From Mobula hypostoma (taxonomy: Eukaryota): DNA of 64,000 nt. Shown one piece after another: positions 13,533 through 28,534 of this stretch. The position numbers and the translations under genes are program-made. Numbering within the stretch: the first letter of the stretch is position 1; each line of letters opens with the position of its first letter. The notes under the pieces were generated by a model. It worked only from the letters and a program-made list of their open reading frames with translations, did not search any database and was not told where the DNA came from. Location: contig NC_086101.1 of the NCBI RefSeq assembly GCF_963921235.1, positions 4,218,001 through 4,282,000 on the forward strand, written 5' to 3'.

Positions 13533-14690
13533 ATTTCAGCAAGGCATTTGATAAGGTACCCCATGCCAGGCTGATTGAGAAAGTAAGGAGTCATGGGAAC
13601 CAAGGGATCCTTGCTTTGTGGATCCAGAGTTGGCTTGCCCACAGAAGGCAAAGTGTGGTTGTAGACGGGTCATATTCTGCATGGAGGTTGGTGACCAGTG
13701 GTGTGCCTCAGGGATCTGTTCTGGGACCCCTACTCTTCGTGATTTTTATGAATGACCTGGATGAGGAAGTGGAGGGATGGGTTAGTAAATTTGCTGATGA
13801 CACAAAGGTTGGGGGTGTTGTGGATAGTGTGGAGGACTGTCAGAGGTTACAGCAGGACATTGATAGGATGCAAAACTGGGCTGAGAAGTGGCAGATGGAG
13901 TTCAACCCAGATAAGTGTGAGGTGGTTCATTCTGGTAGGTCAAATATGACGGCAGAATATAGTATTAATGGTAAGACTCTTTGCAGTGTGGAGGATCAGA
14001 AAGATCTTGGGGTCCGAGTCCACAGAACACCCAAAGCTGCTACACAGGTTGACTCTGTGGTTAAGAAGGTGTACGGTGTATTGGCCTTCATCAATCATGG
14101 GATTGAGTTTAAGAGCCGAGAAGTAATGTTGCAGCTATATAGGACCCTGGTCAGACCCCACTTGGAGTACTGTGCTCAATTCTGGTCGCCTCACTACAGG
14201 AAGGACGTGGAAACCATAGAAAGGGTGCAGAGGAGATTTACAAGGATGTTGCCTGGATTGGGGAGCATGCCTTATGAAAACAGGTTGAGTGAGCTCGGTC
14301 TTTTCTCCTTGGAGCAGCGAGGAATGAGAGGTGACCTGATAGAGGTATATAAGATGATGACAGGCATTGATTGTGTGGATAGTTCAGAGGCTTTTTCCCA
14401 GGGCTGAAATGGCTAGCACAAGAGGGTACAATTTATAGGTGATTGGAAGTAGGTACAGAGGAGACGACAGGGGTAAGTTTTTTATGCAGAGAGTGGTGAG
14501 TGCGTGGAATGGGCTGATGGCGACGGTGGTGGAGGTGGATATGATAGGGTCTTTTAAAAGACTCATGGATAGGTACATGGAGCTTAGAAAAATAGAGGTA
14601 ACTGTAACTAATTTCTAAGTAAGCACATGTTCGGCACAGCATTGTGGGCTGGAGGGCCTGTAATGTGCTGTAGGCTTTCTATATTTCTAA
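13533..14690 (+). mobile_element. 5'-truncated CR1 LINE (RT core to 3' tail)
   Basis: ORF 13616-14407: [47 protein letters not shown]. Joined at its 5' end to a Penelope terminus through atttc microhomology. Confidence 0.9.
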
Positions 14691-15383
14691 TCCATAGTGT
14701 CACTGCGGCAACAAGTATCGAGCTGGTGTAGCAGTTAGTGCCTCAGGCCAATTCTTTATGTTTATTTAAGGCAGATTGATAGATTTTTGGTTGGTCAGGG
14801 TATGAAGGGATACGGGGAGAAGGCAGGAGATTGGGGCTGAGAGGAAAATTGGATCAGCCACGATGACTCTGCTCCCATACCTTCACCCTGCTTAGCCCCC
14901 ACCCCCTAACAATCAGGGTCATGTGAAGCCATGGGAGCAGGTGGTGACCAGCTTCTTCTCCTCTGTCATCCCATTCCTAAATGGACATTCAACCCTTGGA
15001 CACTACCTCACTTTTTCTAACATACAGTATTTCTGTTTTTGGCATGATTTTTAATCTATTCAATATATGTATACTGTATAAAGTATGCTGTGAAGATTTG
15101 CTTACTTACTATTATTTTTATTTTTTTTCTTCTATATTTTGTATTGCATTGAACTGCTGCTGCTAAGTTAAATTTCACGACACATGCCGGTGATAATAAA
15201 GCTGATTCTGATTCTAAAAAGTCATATTAGCAGCTGGTGTATGTTAGAAGTCCTGGTTATGCGACCACTGACGCCAGACAGACCATCTCTGAAGAACATT
15301 GATATTGGCTGGGGGGGTCACCTGTCTTGTAAAGACACTCCACAGAAGAGGCCGCAATGACATACCATTTTTATATAGATATA

Positions 15384-17005
15384 CAGTGGCATGCAAAAGT
15401 TTGGGCACCCCTGGTCAAAATTTCTGTTACTGTGAATAGTTAAGTGAGTAGAAAATGAACTGATCTCCAAAAGTCATAAAGTTAAAGATGAAACATTCTT
15501 TTCAACATCTTAAGCAAGATTAGTGTATCATTTTTGTCTTGTACAATTTTAGAGTGAAAAAAAGGAAAAAGCACCATGCAAGAGTTTGGGCACCCCAAGA
15601 GATTTGAGCTCTCAGATAACTTTTACCAAGGTCTCAGACCTTAATTAGCTTGTTAGGGCTATAGCTTGTTCACAATCATCGTCATGAAAGGCCAGGTGAT
15701 GCAAATTTCAAAGCTTTATAAATACCCTGACTCCTCAAACCTTGTCCCAACAATCAGCAGCCATGGGTTTCTCTAAGCAGCTGCCTAGCACTCTGAAAAT
15801 TAAAATAAAATGATGCCCACAAAGCAGGAGAAGACTATAAGAAGATAGCAAAGCATTTTCTGGTAGCCGTTTCCTCAGTTCCTAACGTAATTAAGAAACA
15901 GCAGTTAACAGGAACGGTGGAGGTCAAGTTGAGGTCTGGAAGACCAAGAAAACTTTCCAAGAGAACTACTCATAGGATTGCTAGAAAGGCAAATCAAAAC
16001 CCCCATTTGTCTGTAAAAGACCTTCAGGAAGGTTTAGCAGACTCTGGAGTGGTGGTGCACTGTTCTACTCTGCAGCGACACCTGCACAAATATGACCTTC
16101 ATGGAAGAGTCATCAGAAGAAAACCTTTCCTGTGTCCTCATCACAAAATTCAGCATCAGAAGTTTGCAAAGGAACATCTAAACAAGCCTGATGCATTTTG
16201 GAAACAAGTCCTGTGGACTGGTGAAGTTAAAATAGAACTTTTTGGCCGCAATGAGCAAAGGTGTGTTTGGAGAAAGAAGGGTGCAGAATTTCATGAAAAG
16301 AACCCCTCTCCAACTGTAAACATGGGGGTGGATCGATCACACTTTGGGCTTGTGTTGTAGCCAGTGGCACGGGAAACATTTCACTGGTAGAGGGAAGAAT
16401 GAATTCAATTAAATACCAGCAAATTCTGGAAGCAAACATCACACCGTCTGTAAAAAAGCTGAAGTTGGAAAGAGGATGGCTTCTACAACACGATAATGAT
16501 CCTAAACACACCTCAAAATCCACAATGGACTACCTCAAGAGGTGCAAGCTGAAGGTTTTGCCATGATCCTCACGGTCCCCCGACCTAAACATTATCGAGA
16601 ATCTGTGGATAGACCTCAAACGAGCAGTGCATGCAAGACGGCCCAAGAATCTCACAGAACTACAAGTCTTTTGCAAGGAAGAATCGGCGAAAATCCCCCA
16701 AACAAGAATTGAAAGACTCTTAGCTGGCTACAGAAAGCATTTACAAGCTGTGATACTTATCAAAGTGGGTGTTACTAAGTACTGCCATGCAGGGTGCCCA
16801 AACTTTTGCTTCGGGCCCTTTTCCTTTTTTGTTATTTTGAAACTGTAAAAGATGGAAATAAAAAAAGTAATCTTGCTTAAAATATTAAAGAAAAGTGTCA
16901 TCTTTAACTTTATGCCTTTTGGAAATCAGTTCATCTTTTACTCGCTTAGCTATTCACAGTAACAGAAATTTTGACCAGGGGCGCCCAAGCCTTTGCATGC
17001 CACTG
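15384..17005 (+). mobile_element. Tc1/mariner DNA transposon (IR/DR type), full length, inactive transposase (~15763-16785)
   Basis: TA|cagtggcatgcaaaagtttgggcacccc...gggcgcccaagcctttgcatgccactg|TA. ~200 bp TIRs with inner gtttgggcaccc repeats. GRPRK, WTGEVKIELFG, LQHDNDPKH, SPDLNIIENLW motifs, with frameshifts and a stop. Confidence 0.95.
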
Positions 17006-17016
17006 TATATATAGCT

Positions 17017-19373
<2,357 letters not shown>

Positions 19374-19946
19374 TTTATACAGTATGTATATAAAAAAACA
19401 CACCATTCATTCAGAAGACAACTGTCTTGTTGTGCCATGACTGCCTGCATAGGGAAAAGACAGTGAAACAGGTAGCCAAGACGTAAGCAGGGTAATGTTT
19501 AGGGATATTAGCCAAATGTCAGCACTATGATACTGTTACTACTTCAACCAAAAACCTGGTAAACAATAAAGATAGAGCTAATGGTCACGTTTCCTGAAAA
19601 TTTGCTGTCAGTAAAACAGAAGGGAAAGGACTGGGTCCTCAGTGTCCTTCCACTCACCATGTAAGTCCTACCCAAGTTTGTCCTCCCAAACTGTCTGCAC
19701 TAGATACGGAGTAGTCTCCATTAAATTCCACCTGCCATTTTCTTTCTTATGCCTAACCCTTGACGGTGGCTAGTCCCATTCAGTAACACATGAGATTCTG
19801 CAGGTGCTGGAAATCCAGACAAACACACACAAAATGCTTGAGAAACTCAGCAGGTCAGGCAGCATCTATGGAGGGAAATAAACAGATAACATTCCGGGCC
19901 AAGGCCCATTCAACAGTCCTAATAAATGCAGCGAATCAGCACCTGA

Positions 19947-20470
19947 ACACGAGGAATTCTGCAGATGCTAGAAATTCAAGCAACACACATCAAAGTTGCT
20001 GGTTGGAGGAACAACACCTTATATTCCATCTGGGTAGCCTCCAACCTGATGGCATGAACATTGACTTCTCTAACTTCCAATAATGCCCCACCTCCGCCTC
20101 GTACCCCATCCGGTATTTATTTATATACACACATTCTTTCTCTCTCTCTCCTCTTTCTCCCTCTGTCCCTCTGACTATACCCCTTGTCCATCCTCTGGGT
20201 TTCCCCCCCACCCTTGTCTTTCTCCCCGGACCTCCTGTCCCATGATCCTCTCATATCCTTTTGCCAATCACCTGTCCAGCTCTTGGCTCCATCCCTCCCC
20301 CTCCTGTCTTCTCCTATCATTTTGGATCTCCCCCTCCCCCTCCCGCTTTCAAATCTCTTACTAACTCTTCCTTCAGTTAGTCCTGACGAAGGGTATCGGC
20401 CTGAAACGTCGACTGTACCCCTTCCTAGAGATGCTGCCTGGCCTGCTGCGTTCACCAGCAACTTTGATGT
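19947..20470 (+). mobile_element. Penelope-like element insertion with inverted 5' tail, GIY-YIG C-terminus and hammerhead-like motif; 14-bp TSD
   Basis: LEEQHLIFHLGSLQPDGMNIDFSNFQ* at 20003-20083. TSD gaatcagcacctga at 19933-19946 and 20471-20484. Inverted pair at 19987-20003 and 20454-20470. Confidence 0.8.
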
Positions 20471-22580
20471 GAATCAGCACCTGATATGTTTTAGAAACTA
20501 CAACTGTGAAGAGATTATGGAAAGAATATGCAGATAGGCCACAAATCAGCCATCATCTCACTGAGGATCTCCACACTTCCGAGGTACCAGTAGACAGAAT
20601 TCATAGCAAGTCCGAGGCGTGGCCACTACAGGCTCGGCTGGGGATAAGACCATATGATATAACAGCAGAGTTAGATAATCCTATCATAAGGCCATTGGCT
20701 ATCGAATAGAATCAGGCCATTCGGCCCATCGAGTCCGCTCCATCATTTCATCATGGCTGATCCATTTTCCCTCTTAGCCCCAATTTCTTCTTTTTCCCTG
20801 TATCCCTTCATGCCCTGACCAATCTAGAATCTATCAACCTCTGCCTTAAATATACAGAAGTTCTTGGCCTCCACAGCTGCCTGTGACAAAGAATTCCACA
20901 ATTTCACCACTCTGTGGCTAAAGAAATTCCTCCTCATCTCCGTTCTAAAAGAATGCCCTTCTATTCTGAGGCTGTGTCCTCTGGTCTTAGACTCCCCCAC
21001 CATAGGAAACGACCTCTCCACATCCACTCTATCAAGGTCTTTCACCATTCAATAGGTTTCAATGAGGTCACCCATCATTCTTCTGAATTCCAGTGAATTC
21101 GGCCCCAAAGCCATCAAACGTTCTTCATATGACAAGGTATTCAATCCTGGAATCACTTTCGTGAAGCTCCAGTTTCAGCAATCCTTTCAAAGATAAGGGG
21201 CCCAAACCTGCTCAATACTCCAAGTGAGGCCTCAGAGTCACCAGTGCTTTATAAAGACTCAACATTACTTTCTTGCTCTTGAAATGAATGTTAAAATTAC
21301 ATTTGCCTTCCTCTACCGAAAATTAACCTTCAGGAAATCCTGGACAAGGACTTGCAAGTCCGTTTGTGCCTCAGTTTTTTAAAATGTATTTTATCTCCAT
21401 TTAGAAAATAGTCAACTCTTTCAATTCTTCTTCCATGCATGCCAGACTTCCTGACGCTGTATCCTATTTGCCAGTTCTTTGCCCATTCTCCTAATCTAAA
21501 TCCTTCTGCAGCTTCTCTACTTCCTCAAAACGACCTGCTCCTCCACCAATGTTCATATTGTCTGCAAACTTTTCAACAAAGCCATCAATTCCATCATCCA
21601 AATCATTGACATATAATGTAAAAAAAAATCCATCCCAACACTTACCCCTGTGGAACATCACTAACCACCGGCAGCCAGTCAGAAAAGGCTCCCTTTATTC
21701 CCACTCTTTGCCACCTGCCAATCAGTCACTGCTTTATCCACGTTAGAATCTTTCCTCTAATACCACAGCTTGAAACAGCCTCATGTGTGGCACCTTGTCA
21801 AAGGCCTTCTGAAAATCCAAGTACATAACATCAACTGATTCTCCTTTGTTTATCCTGTTTGTCATTTCTTCAAAGAATTCCAACATTTGTCAGATAAAAT
21901 TTTCCCTTGAGGAAACCACTGGGCCTATTTTATCCTGTGCCTCCAAGTACCCTGAGACCTCATCCTGAATAATCGACTCCAACACCTTCCCAGCTACTGA
22001 GATCAGACTAACTGACCTATCCTTCCCTTTCTTCTGCAGCTCTCCCTTCTTGAATAGTGAGGCGACATTTCCAATTTTCCAATCTTCCAGAGCCATTCTT
22101 GAAAGATCATTACTAATGCCTCCGCAATTCTTCAGCCACCTCTTCCAGAACCCTGGGGTGTACACCATCTGGTCCAAGTGACTTAACTACTTTCAGACCT
22201 TTCAGTTTTCTAAGGAAGTTCTCTCTAGAAATGGTAACTTCTCACACTTCATGACCCCTGACATCTGGAACTTCCACCATACTACTAGTGTCTTCCACAG
22301 TGAAGACGTATGCAAAATACTCAGTTCATCCATTATTTCATTGTCCCCCATTGCTACCTCTTCAGCTTCGTTCTCCTGCGGTCCAATATCCCCCCTCACC
22401 TCTCTTTTACACTTTATGTAACTGAAGAAACTTTTGGGATACTCTTTAATACTACTGGCTGGCTTACTTTCGTATTCCATCTTTAACTTCTTAATGACTT
22501 TTATAGTTGTCTTCCGTTTCGTTTCCAATCTCCCCCTCCCCCTCTCACTTTCAATTCTCTTGCTAGCTCTTCTTTCAGTT

Positions 22581-22616
22581 AGTCCTGACGAAGGGTCTCG
22601 GCCCGAAACGTCGACT
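22581..22616 (+). ncRNA. Minimal type I hammerhead ribozyme motif (Penelope-associated)
   Basis: agtc-CUGACGA-a-gggu(cucg)gccc-GAAA-cgUC-gacu: conserved core boxes, stem I agtc/gact, stem II hairpin, palindromic ACGU stem III, GUC cleavage triplet. Confidence 0.7.
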
Positions 22617-22704
22617 GTACCTCTTCCTAGGGATGCTGCCTGGCCTGCTGCGTTCACCAGCAACTTTTATGCGTGTTGTTTGAAATTCCAGCATCTGCAG
22701 ATTT

Positions 22705-23180
22705 AAAACATAGAAACATAGAAAATAGGTGCAGGAGTCGGCCATTCGGCCCTTCAAGCCTGCACTGCCATTCAGTATGATTATAGCTGATCATTCAACT
22801 CAGAACTCTGTACCAGCCTTCCCTCCATACCCCCCGATCCCTTTAGCCACCAGGGCCATATCTAACTCCCTCTTAAATATAGCCAATGAACTGGCCTCAA
22901 CTGCTTCCTGAGGCAGAGAATTCCACAGATTCACCACTCTCTGTGTGAAGTTTTTCCTAATCTCAGTCCTAAAAGCCTTCCCCTTTATCCTCAAACTGTG
23001 ACCCCTCGTTCTGGACTTCCCCAACATCGGGAACAATCTTCCTGCATCTAGCCTGTCCAATCCCTTTAGGTTTTTATACGTTTCAATAAGATCCCCCCTC
23101 AATCTTCTAAATTCCAATGAGTATAAGCCTAGTCAATCCAGTCTTTCATCATATGAAACTCCTGCCATCCCAGGAATCCC
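22705..23180 (-). mobile_element. Young CR1 3' end (same family as 38466-41013)
   Basis: Tail aaacatagaaacatagaaaataggtgcagg; ORF 22800-23117 EFRRLRGDLIETYK..SRTRGHSLRIKG. Confidence 0.9.
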
Positions 23181-24774
23181 AGGAATTTCCTCGTGTTTAG
23201 TTGCCTTCTGTCAGTTTTTAAAAGCTTCCCAATCCTCTAACTTCCCACTAATTTTTGCTCTATTATACGACCTCTCTTTGGCTTTTATGTTCACTTTGAC
23301 TCTCCTATTAACTACAGTTGTGCCACCTTGCCTTTAGAATACCTCTTCCTCTTTGGGATGTATATATACTGTCCCTTGCGAATTACTTGCAGAAAGCTCA
23401 GGCATTGCTGCTCTGCCGTCATCCCTGCCAGTGTTCTTTTCCAACCAATTCTGGCCATTCCTCTCTCAAGCCTCTGCAATTTCCTTTACTTCACTGTAAT
23501 ACTAATACATCTGATTTTAGCTTCTCCTTCCCAAATTTTAGGGTGAATTTGATCATATTATGATCACTTTCTCCAAAGGGTTCTTTTACCTTAAACTGTC
23601 GAATGAATTTCAGTTCATTGCACGACACCCAATCCAGAATGGCTGATTCTCTTGTGGGCTTAACAATGAACTGCTCTAAAAAGCCATCTCATAGGCATTC
23701 TAGGAAATCCCCCTCTTGGGATCCAGCAACAACCTGATTTTTCCAATCTACCTGTATATTGAAATCTCCAAGGCGATTGTAACATTGCCCTTTTGGCTTG
23801 CATTTTCTATCTCCCATTGTAATTTGTAGGCCACATCCGTACTACTGTTGGGGGTGTGTATACAACTCCCTTCAGGGTCTTTTTACCCTTTCAGTTCCTT
23901 AGCTCTATCCACAATGATTCAATACTTTCAGACCCTATATCACCTCTTTCTAATGATTTAATTTCATTCTTTACCAACAGAACAACACCACCCACTCTGC
24001 CTTCCTGCCTGTCCTTTCAATACAATGTGTATCCTTGGACATTCAGCTCCCAGCTATAATCTTCTTTCAGCCATGATTCAGTGATGCCAACAACATCATA
24101 CCTGCCAATCTGCAACTGTGCTACAAGTTCATCTACCTCATTCCGTATACTGCACACATTCAAATACAACACCTTCAGTCTTGTGTTCACCCTTTTCGTT
24201 TTTGTCCACCTTTCACGCTGCAGCTCATCCTGTTGACTGCAATTTTGCCCTATCAGCAGCCTTTCCTCACTACAAATGGCCTCTGCTTTTAAACCAGCTA
24301 CCTCATCTTCAACACTATCACCTGCCTTTCCTACGATACTTCTTGCATTGAAATACTGTATATGCAGCTCAGGGCACTAGTCACACCATGCTCAACCTTT
24401 TAATTCCTAACTTTGTCTGAGGTCTTACCAATATCTGCCTCCACAATCTCTCCTCTGTCTGGCTCCCATCTGCCTGCAACTCTAGTTTAAACCTCACTGC
24501 ACAGCATTTGCAAACCTTCCCGCTAGGATATTATTCCCCTGCCAGTTCAGGTGCTAACTGTCCCCTCTGTACAGTTCCATCCTGACTTGGAAGAGAGCCC
24601 AGTGATCCAAAAATTTTATGCCCTCCCTCCTACACAAACTCCTTATCCATGTATTAAACTGTATAATCTTCCTAGTTCTGGCCTCACTAGCACAGCTGAT
24701 TTGTTATCCCTCTCATCCCATTCTCCTGCCTTCTCCTAGTAACTTGTGACTCCCTGACTAATCTAAAACTTTTC

Positions 24775-27441
24775 TTAAGGGAGGAGGGAGTCGCATTACT
24801 GGTCAGGGATACTATTACAGCTACAGAAAGGGTAGGTAATGTAGCAGGATCCTCTTTTGAGTCGGTATGGGTAGAAGTCAGGAACAGGAAGGGAGCAGTT
24901 ACTCTACTGGGGGTATTCTATAGGCCCCCTGGTAGCAGCAGAGATACAGAGGAGCAGACTGGGAAGAAGATTTTGGAAAGGTGCAAAAATAACAGGGTTG
25001 TTATCATGGGTGACTTTCACTTCCCGAATATTGATTGGCACCTGATTAGTTCCAAGGGTTTAGATGGGGCAGAGTTTGTTAAGAGTGTCCAGGACAGATT
25101 CCTGTCACAGTATGTGGACAGGCCGACCAGGGGGAATGCCATACTAGATCTAGTACTAGGTAATGAACCGGGTCAGGTCACAGATCTCTCAGTGGGTGAG
25201 CATCTGGGGGACAGTGACCACCACTCTCCTGGCCTTTACCATTATCATGGACAAGGATAGAATCAGAGAGGACAGGAAAATTGGGAAAGGGCAAATTATG
25301 AGGCTATAAGGCTAGAACTTGCGGGTATGAACTGGGATGATGTTTTTGCAGGGAAATGTACTATGGACATGTGGTCGATGTTTAGGGATCTCTTGCAGGA
25401 GGTAAGGGATAAATTTGTCCCAGTGAGGAAGATAAAGAACGGTAGGGTGAAGGAACCATGGGTGACAAGTGAGGTGGAAAATCTAGTCAGGTGGAAGAAG
25501 GCAGCATACATGAGGTTTAGGAAGCAAGGATCAGATGGGTCTTTTGAGGAATAGAGGGAAGCAAGAAAGGAGCTTAAGAGGGGGCTGAGGAGAGCAAGAA
25601 GGGGGCATGAGAAGGTCTTGGCAAGTAGGGTAAAGGAAAATCCCAAGGCATTCTTCAATTATGTGAAGAACAAAAGGATGACAGGAGTGAAGATAGGACC
25701 GATTAGAGATAAAGATGGGAAGATGTGCCTGGAGGCTGTGGAAGTGAGCAAGGTCCTCAATGAATACTTCTCTTCGGTATTCACCAATGAGAGGGAACTT
25801 GATGATGGTGAGGACAATATGAGTGAGGTTGATGTTCTGGAGCATGTTGATACTAAGGGAGAGGAGGTGTTGGAGTTGTTAAAATACACTAGGATGGATA
25901 AGTCCCCGGGGCCTGACGGAATATTCCCCAGGCTGCTCCACGAGGCGAGGGAAGAGATTGCTGAACCTCTGGCTAGGATCTTTATATCCTCGTTGTCCAC
26001 AGGATGGTACCAGGGGATTGGAGGGAGGCCAATGTTGTCCTTTTGTTCAAAAAAGGTAGTAGGGATAGTCCGGGTAATTATAGACCAGTGAGCCTTACGT
26101 CTGTGGTGGGAAAGCTGTTAGAAAAGATTCTTACGGATAGGATTTATGGACATTTAGAGAATCATGGTCTGATCAGGGACAGTCAGCATGGCTTTGTGAA
26201 GGGCAGATTGTGTCAAACAAGCCTGATAGAGTTCTCTGAGGAGGTGACCAGGCATATAGATGAGGGTAGTGCAGTGGATGTGATCTATATGGATTTTAGT
26301 AAGGCATTTGACAAGGTTCCACACGGTAGGCTTATTCAGAAAGTCAGAAGGCATGGGATTCAGTGAAGTTTGGCCAGATGGATTCAGAATTGGCTTGCCT
26401 GCAGAAGGCAGAGGGTCGTGGTGGAGGGAGTACATTCAGATTGGAGGGTTGTGACTAGTGGTGTCCCACAAGGATCGGTTCTGGGACCTCTACTTCTCGT
26501 GATTTTTATTAACGACCTGGATGTGGGTGTAGAAGGGTGGGTTGGCAAGTTTGCAGATGACACAAAGGTTGGTGGTGTTGTGGATGGGGTAGAGGATTGT
26601 CGAAGATTGCAGAGAGACATTGATAAGATGCAGAAGTCGGCTGAGAAGTGGCAGATGGAGTTCAACCCGGAGAAGTGTGAGGTGGTACACTTTGGAAGGA
26701 CAAACTCCAAGGCAGAGTACAAAGTAAATGGCAGGATACTTGGTAGTGTGGAGGAGCAGAGGGATCTGGGGGTACATGTCCACAGATCCCTGAAAGTTAC
26801 CTCACAGGTGGATAGGGTAGTTAAGAAAGCTTATGGGGTGTTAGCTTTCTTAAGTCGAGGGATAGAGTTTAAGAGTCGCGAGGTAATGATGCAGCTCTAT
26901 AAAACTCTGGTTAGGCCACACCTGGAGTACTGTGTCCAGTTCTGGTCTCACTATAGGAAGGATGTGGAAGCATTGGAAAGGGTACAGAGGAGATTTACCA
27001 GGATGCCGCCCGGTTCAGAGAGTATGCATTATGATCAGAGATTAAGGGAGCTAGGGCTTTACTCTCTGGAGAGGAGGAGGATGAGAGGAGACATGATAGA
27101 GGTATACAAGCTGTTAAGAGGAATAGATAGAGTGGACAGCCAGCGCCTCTTCCCCAGGGCACCACTGCTCAGTACAAGAGGACATGGCTTTAAGGTAAGG
27201 GGTGGGAAGTTCAAGGGGGATATTAGAGCAAGGTTTTTAACTCAGAGAGCGGTTGGTGCGTGGAATGCACTGCCTGAGTCAGTGGTGGAGGCAGATACAC
27301 TAGTGAAATTTAAGAAACTACTAGACAGGTACATGGAGGAATTTAAGGTGGGGGGTTATATGGGAAGCAGAGTTTAAGGGTCGGCACAACATTGTGGGCC
27401 GAAGGGCCTGTACTGTGCTGTACTATTCCACGTTCTATGTT
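24775..27441 (+). mobile_element. Relatively young CR1 LINE, near-complete ORF2 (endonuclease + RT) with a few disablements
   Basis: [92 protein letters not shown]; tail ttccacgttctatgtt. Confidence 0.93.
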
Positions 27442-27589
27442 AAAACTAGCTGGTTTTCTCGGGCTGCACACATTAATAAGTACACCAGTGCTGGTTAATG
27501 AATGCTGTGCGTGTATGTCAACCCCGGCGATGCCGTTGCACTGTGGTCACTTAGTTGTCACTCTATTAGTACCCCTGCTCATTAATGCA

Positions 27590-27960
27590 AATATCTAATC
27601 AGTCATTCATATGGCAGCAACTCAATGCATAAAAGCATGCAGAGATAGACAGGAGGTTCAGACCAAACGTCAGAAAAGGGAAGAAATGTGATCTAAGTGA
27701 CTTGGACCATGGAATGATGGTTGGTGCCGGACAGGATGGCTTGAGTATCACAGAAACTGATTATCTCTTGAGATTTCCACACATAAAAGCCTCTAGAGTT
27801 TACAGAGAATGGTGCCAGAAACAGAAGACATCCAGTGAGCAACAGGCAAGTGGGCAAAAATATCTTGTTAATGTGAGAGTATAGAGGAGAATGGCCAGAC
27901 TGTTTCAAGCTGACGGGACGCGACAGTAACTCAAATAACCATGCGTTAAACAGTGGTGTA
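27590..27960 (+). mobile_element. Old Tc1/mariner-type fragment (5' region, HTH start)
   Basis: KKCDLSDLDHGMMVGAGQDGLSITET..SRVYREW resembles the N-terminus of vertebrate Tc1-like transposases. Confidence 0.55.
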
Positions 27961-28534
27961 ATAAGATTTTTGCAGTTGGGCGGGGAGTCAGAGAACATTG
28001 GGCTCCAAAGTTTGCAGAGCATCTGAATTGGTTAATTCTTGTTCAATAAAAGTTGTTAATCATTTAGAGTTCCTTGTGTTCTTTTTTCCCTCAAGCCACG
28101 CACTCTTTGGAATGCTGTCTCCTGGTGATTTCGGTTTAAACTTGTTCAGTCTATTTTGACAGACTTGGGGAGTCCTGTGTTTCTTGTACTATTTAAACGG
28201 ACACCGACTAGTGCTAACCGCGGGGTCCCAGTTTTGAGAACGTTACGTCTCGTGGTGTCAGTCAGCTGAGCCACTGAATCCGTATGAATGAACTCCAGTT
28301 GCCATCTCAACATTGGAGTTTGTCTCCCCTTCGCACTTGGGTTCTGACATGCCAGACACATGGCTTGTGATAAGTGGTGTGCAGAAGAGCATGTGCAAAC
28401 GCACAACACATTGACCTTGAAGGGGATGGGCTACAGCAGCCTTACAACTGCTCCACTCCTGTAGCTAATAACGCAGTCTGTGTGCGGGATATATAAGGGC
28501 ACCAGTCCATGTGCACTTTGCATGTTTTTCTGTA

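Larger units (their letters stand above)
22515..23197 (+). mobile_element. Penelope pLTR fragment (22515-22704, resuming 23186-23197) containing a nested young CR1 3' end
   Basis: Flanking imperfect TSD tagttg(t/c)cttc at 22504-22514 and 23198-23208. The terminus catctgcagattt...ttcctcgtgttt is split by the CR1. Confidence 0.75.
20645..24695 (-). mobile_element. Old CR1 LINE (end of ORF1, ORF2 and tail), interrupted at ~22515-23197
   Basis: SKTRGHSLRIEG..FFSHRVVKLWNSL, KFAD region at 21560, endonuclease region at 23700-24170, ORF1 tail at 24480-24690. Confidence 0.85.

Noticed and set aside
27960..28320. Possible solo-LTR remnant (aataaa, ending ..ctcaaca)
   Set aside because: No partner LTR, TSD or internal domain could be confirmed.
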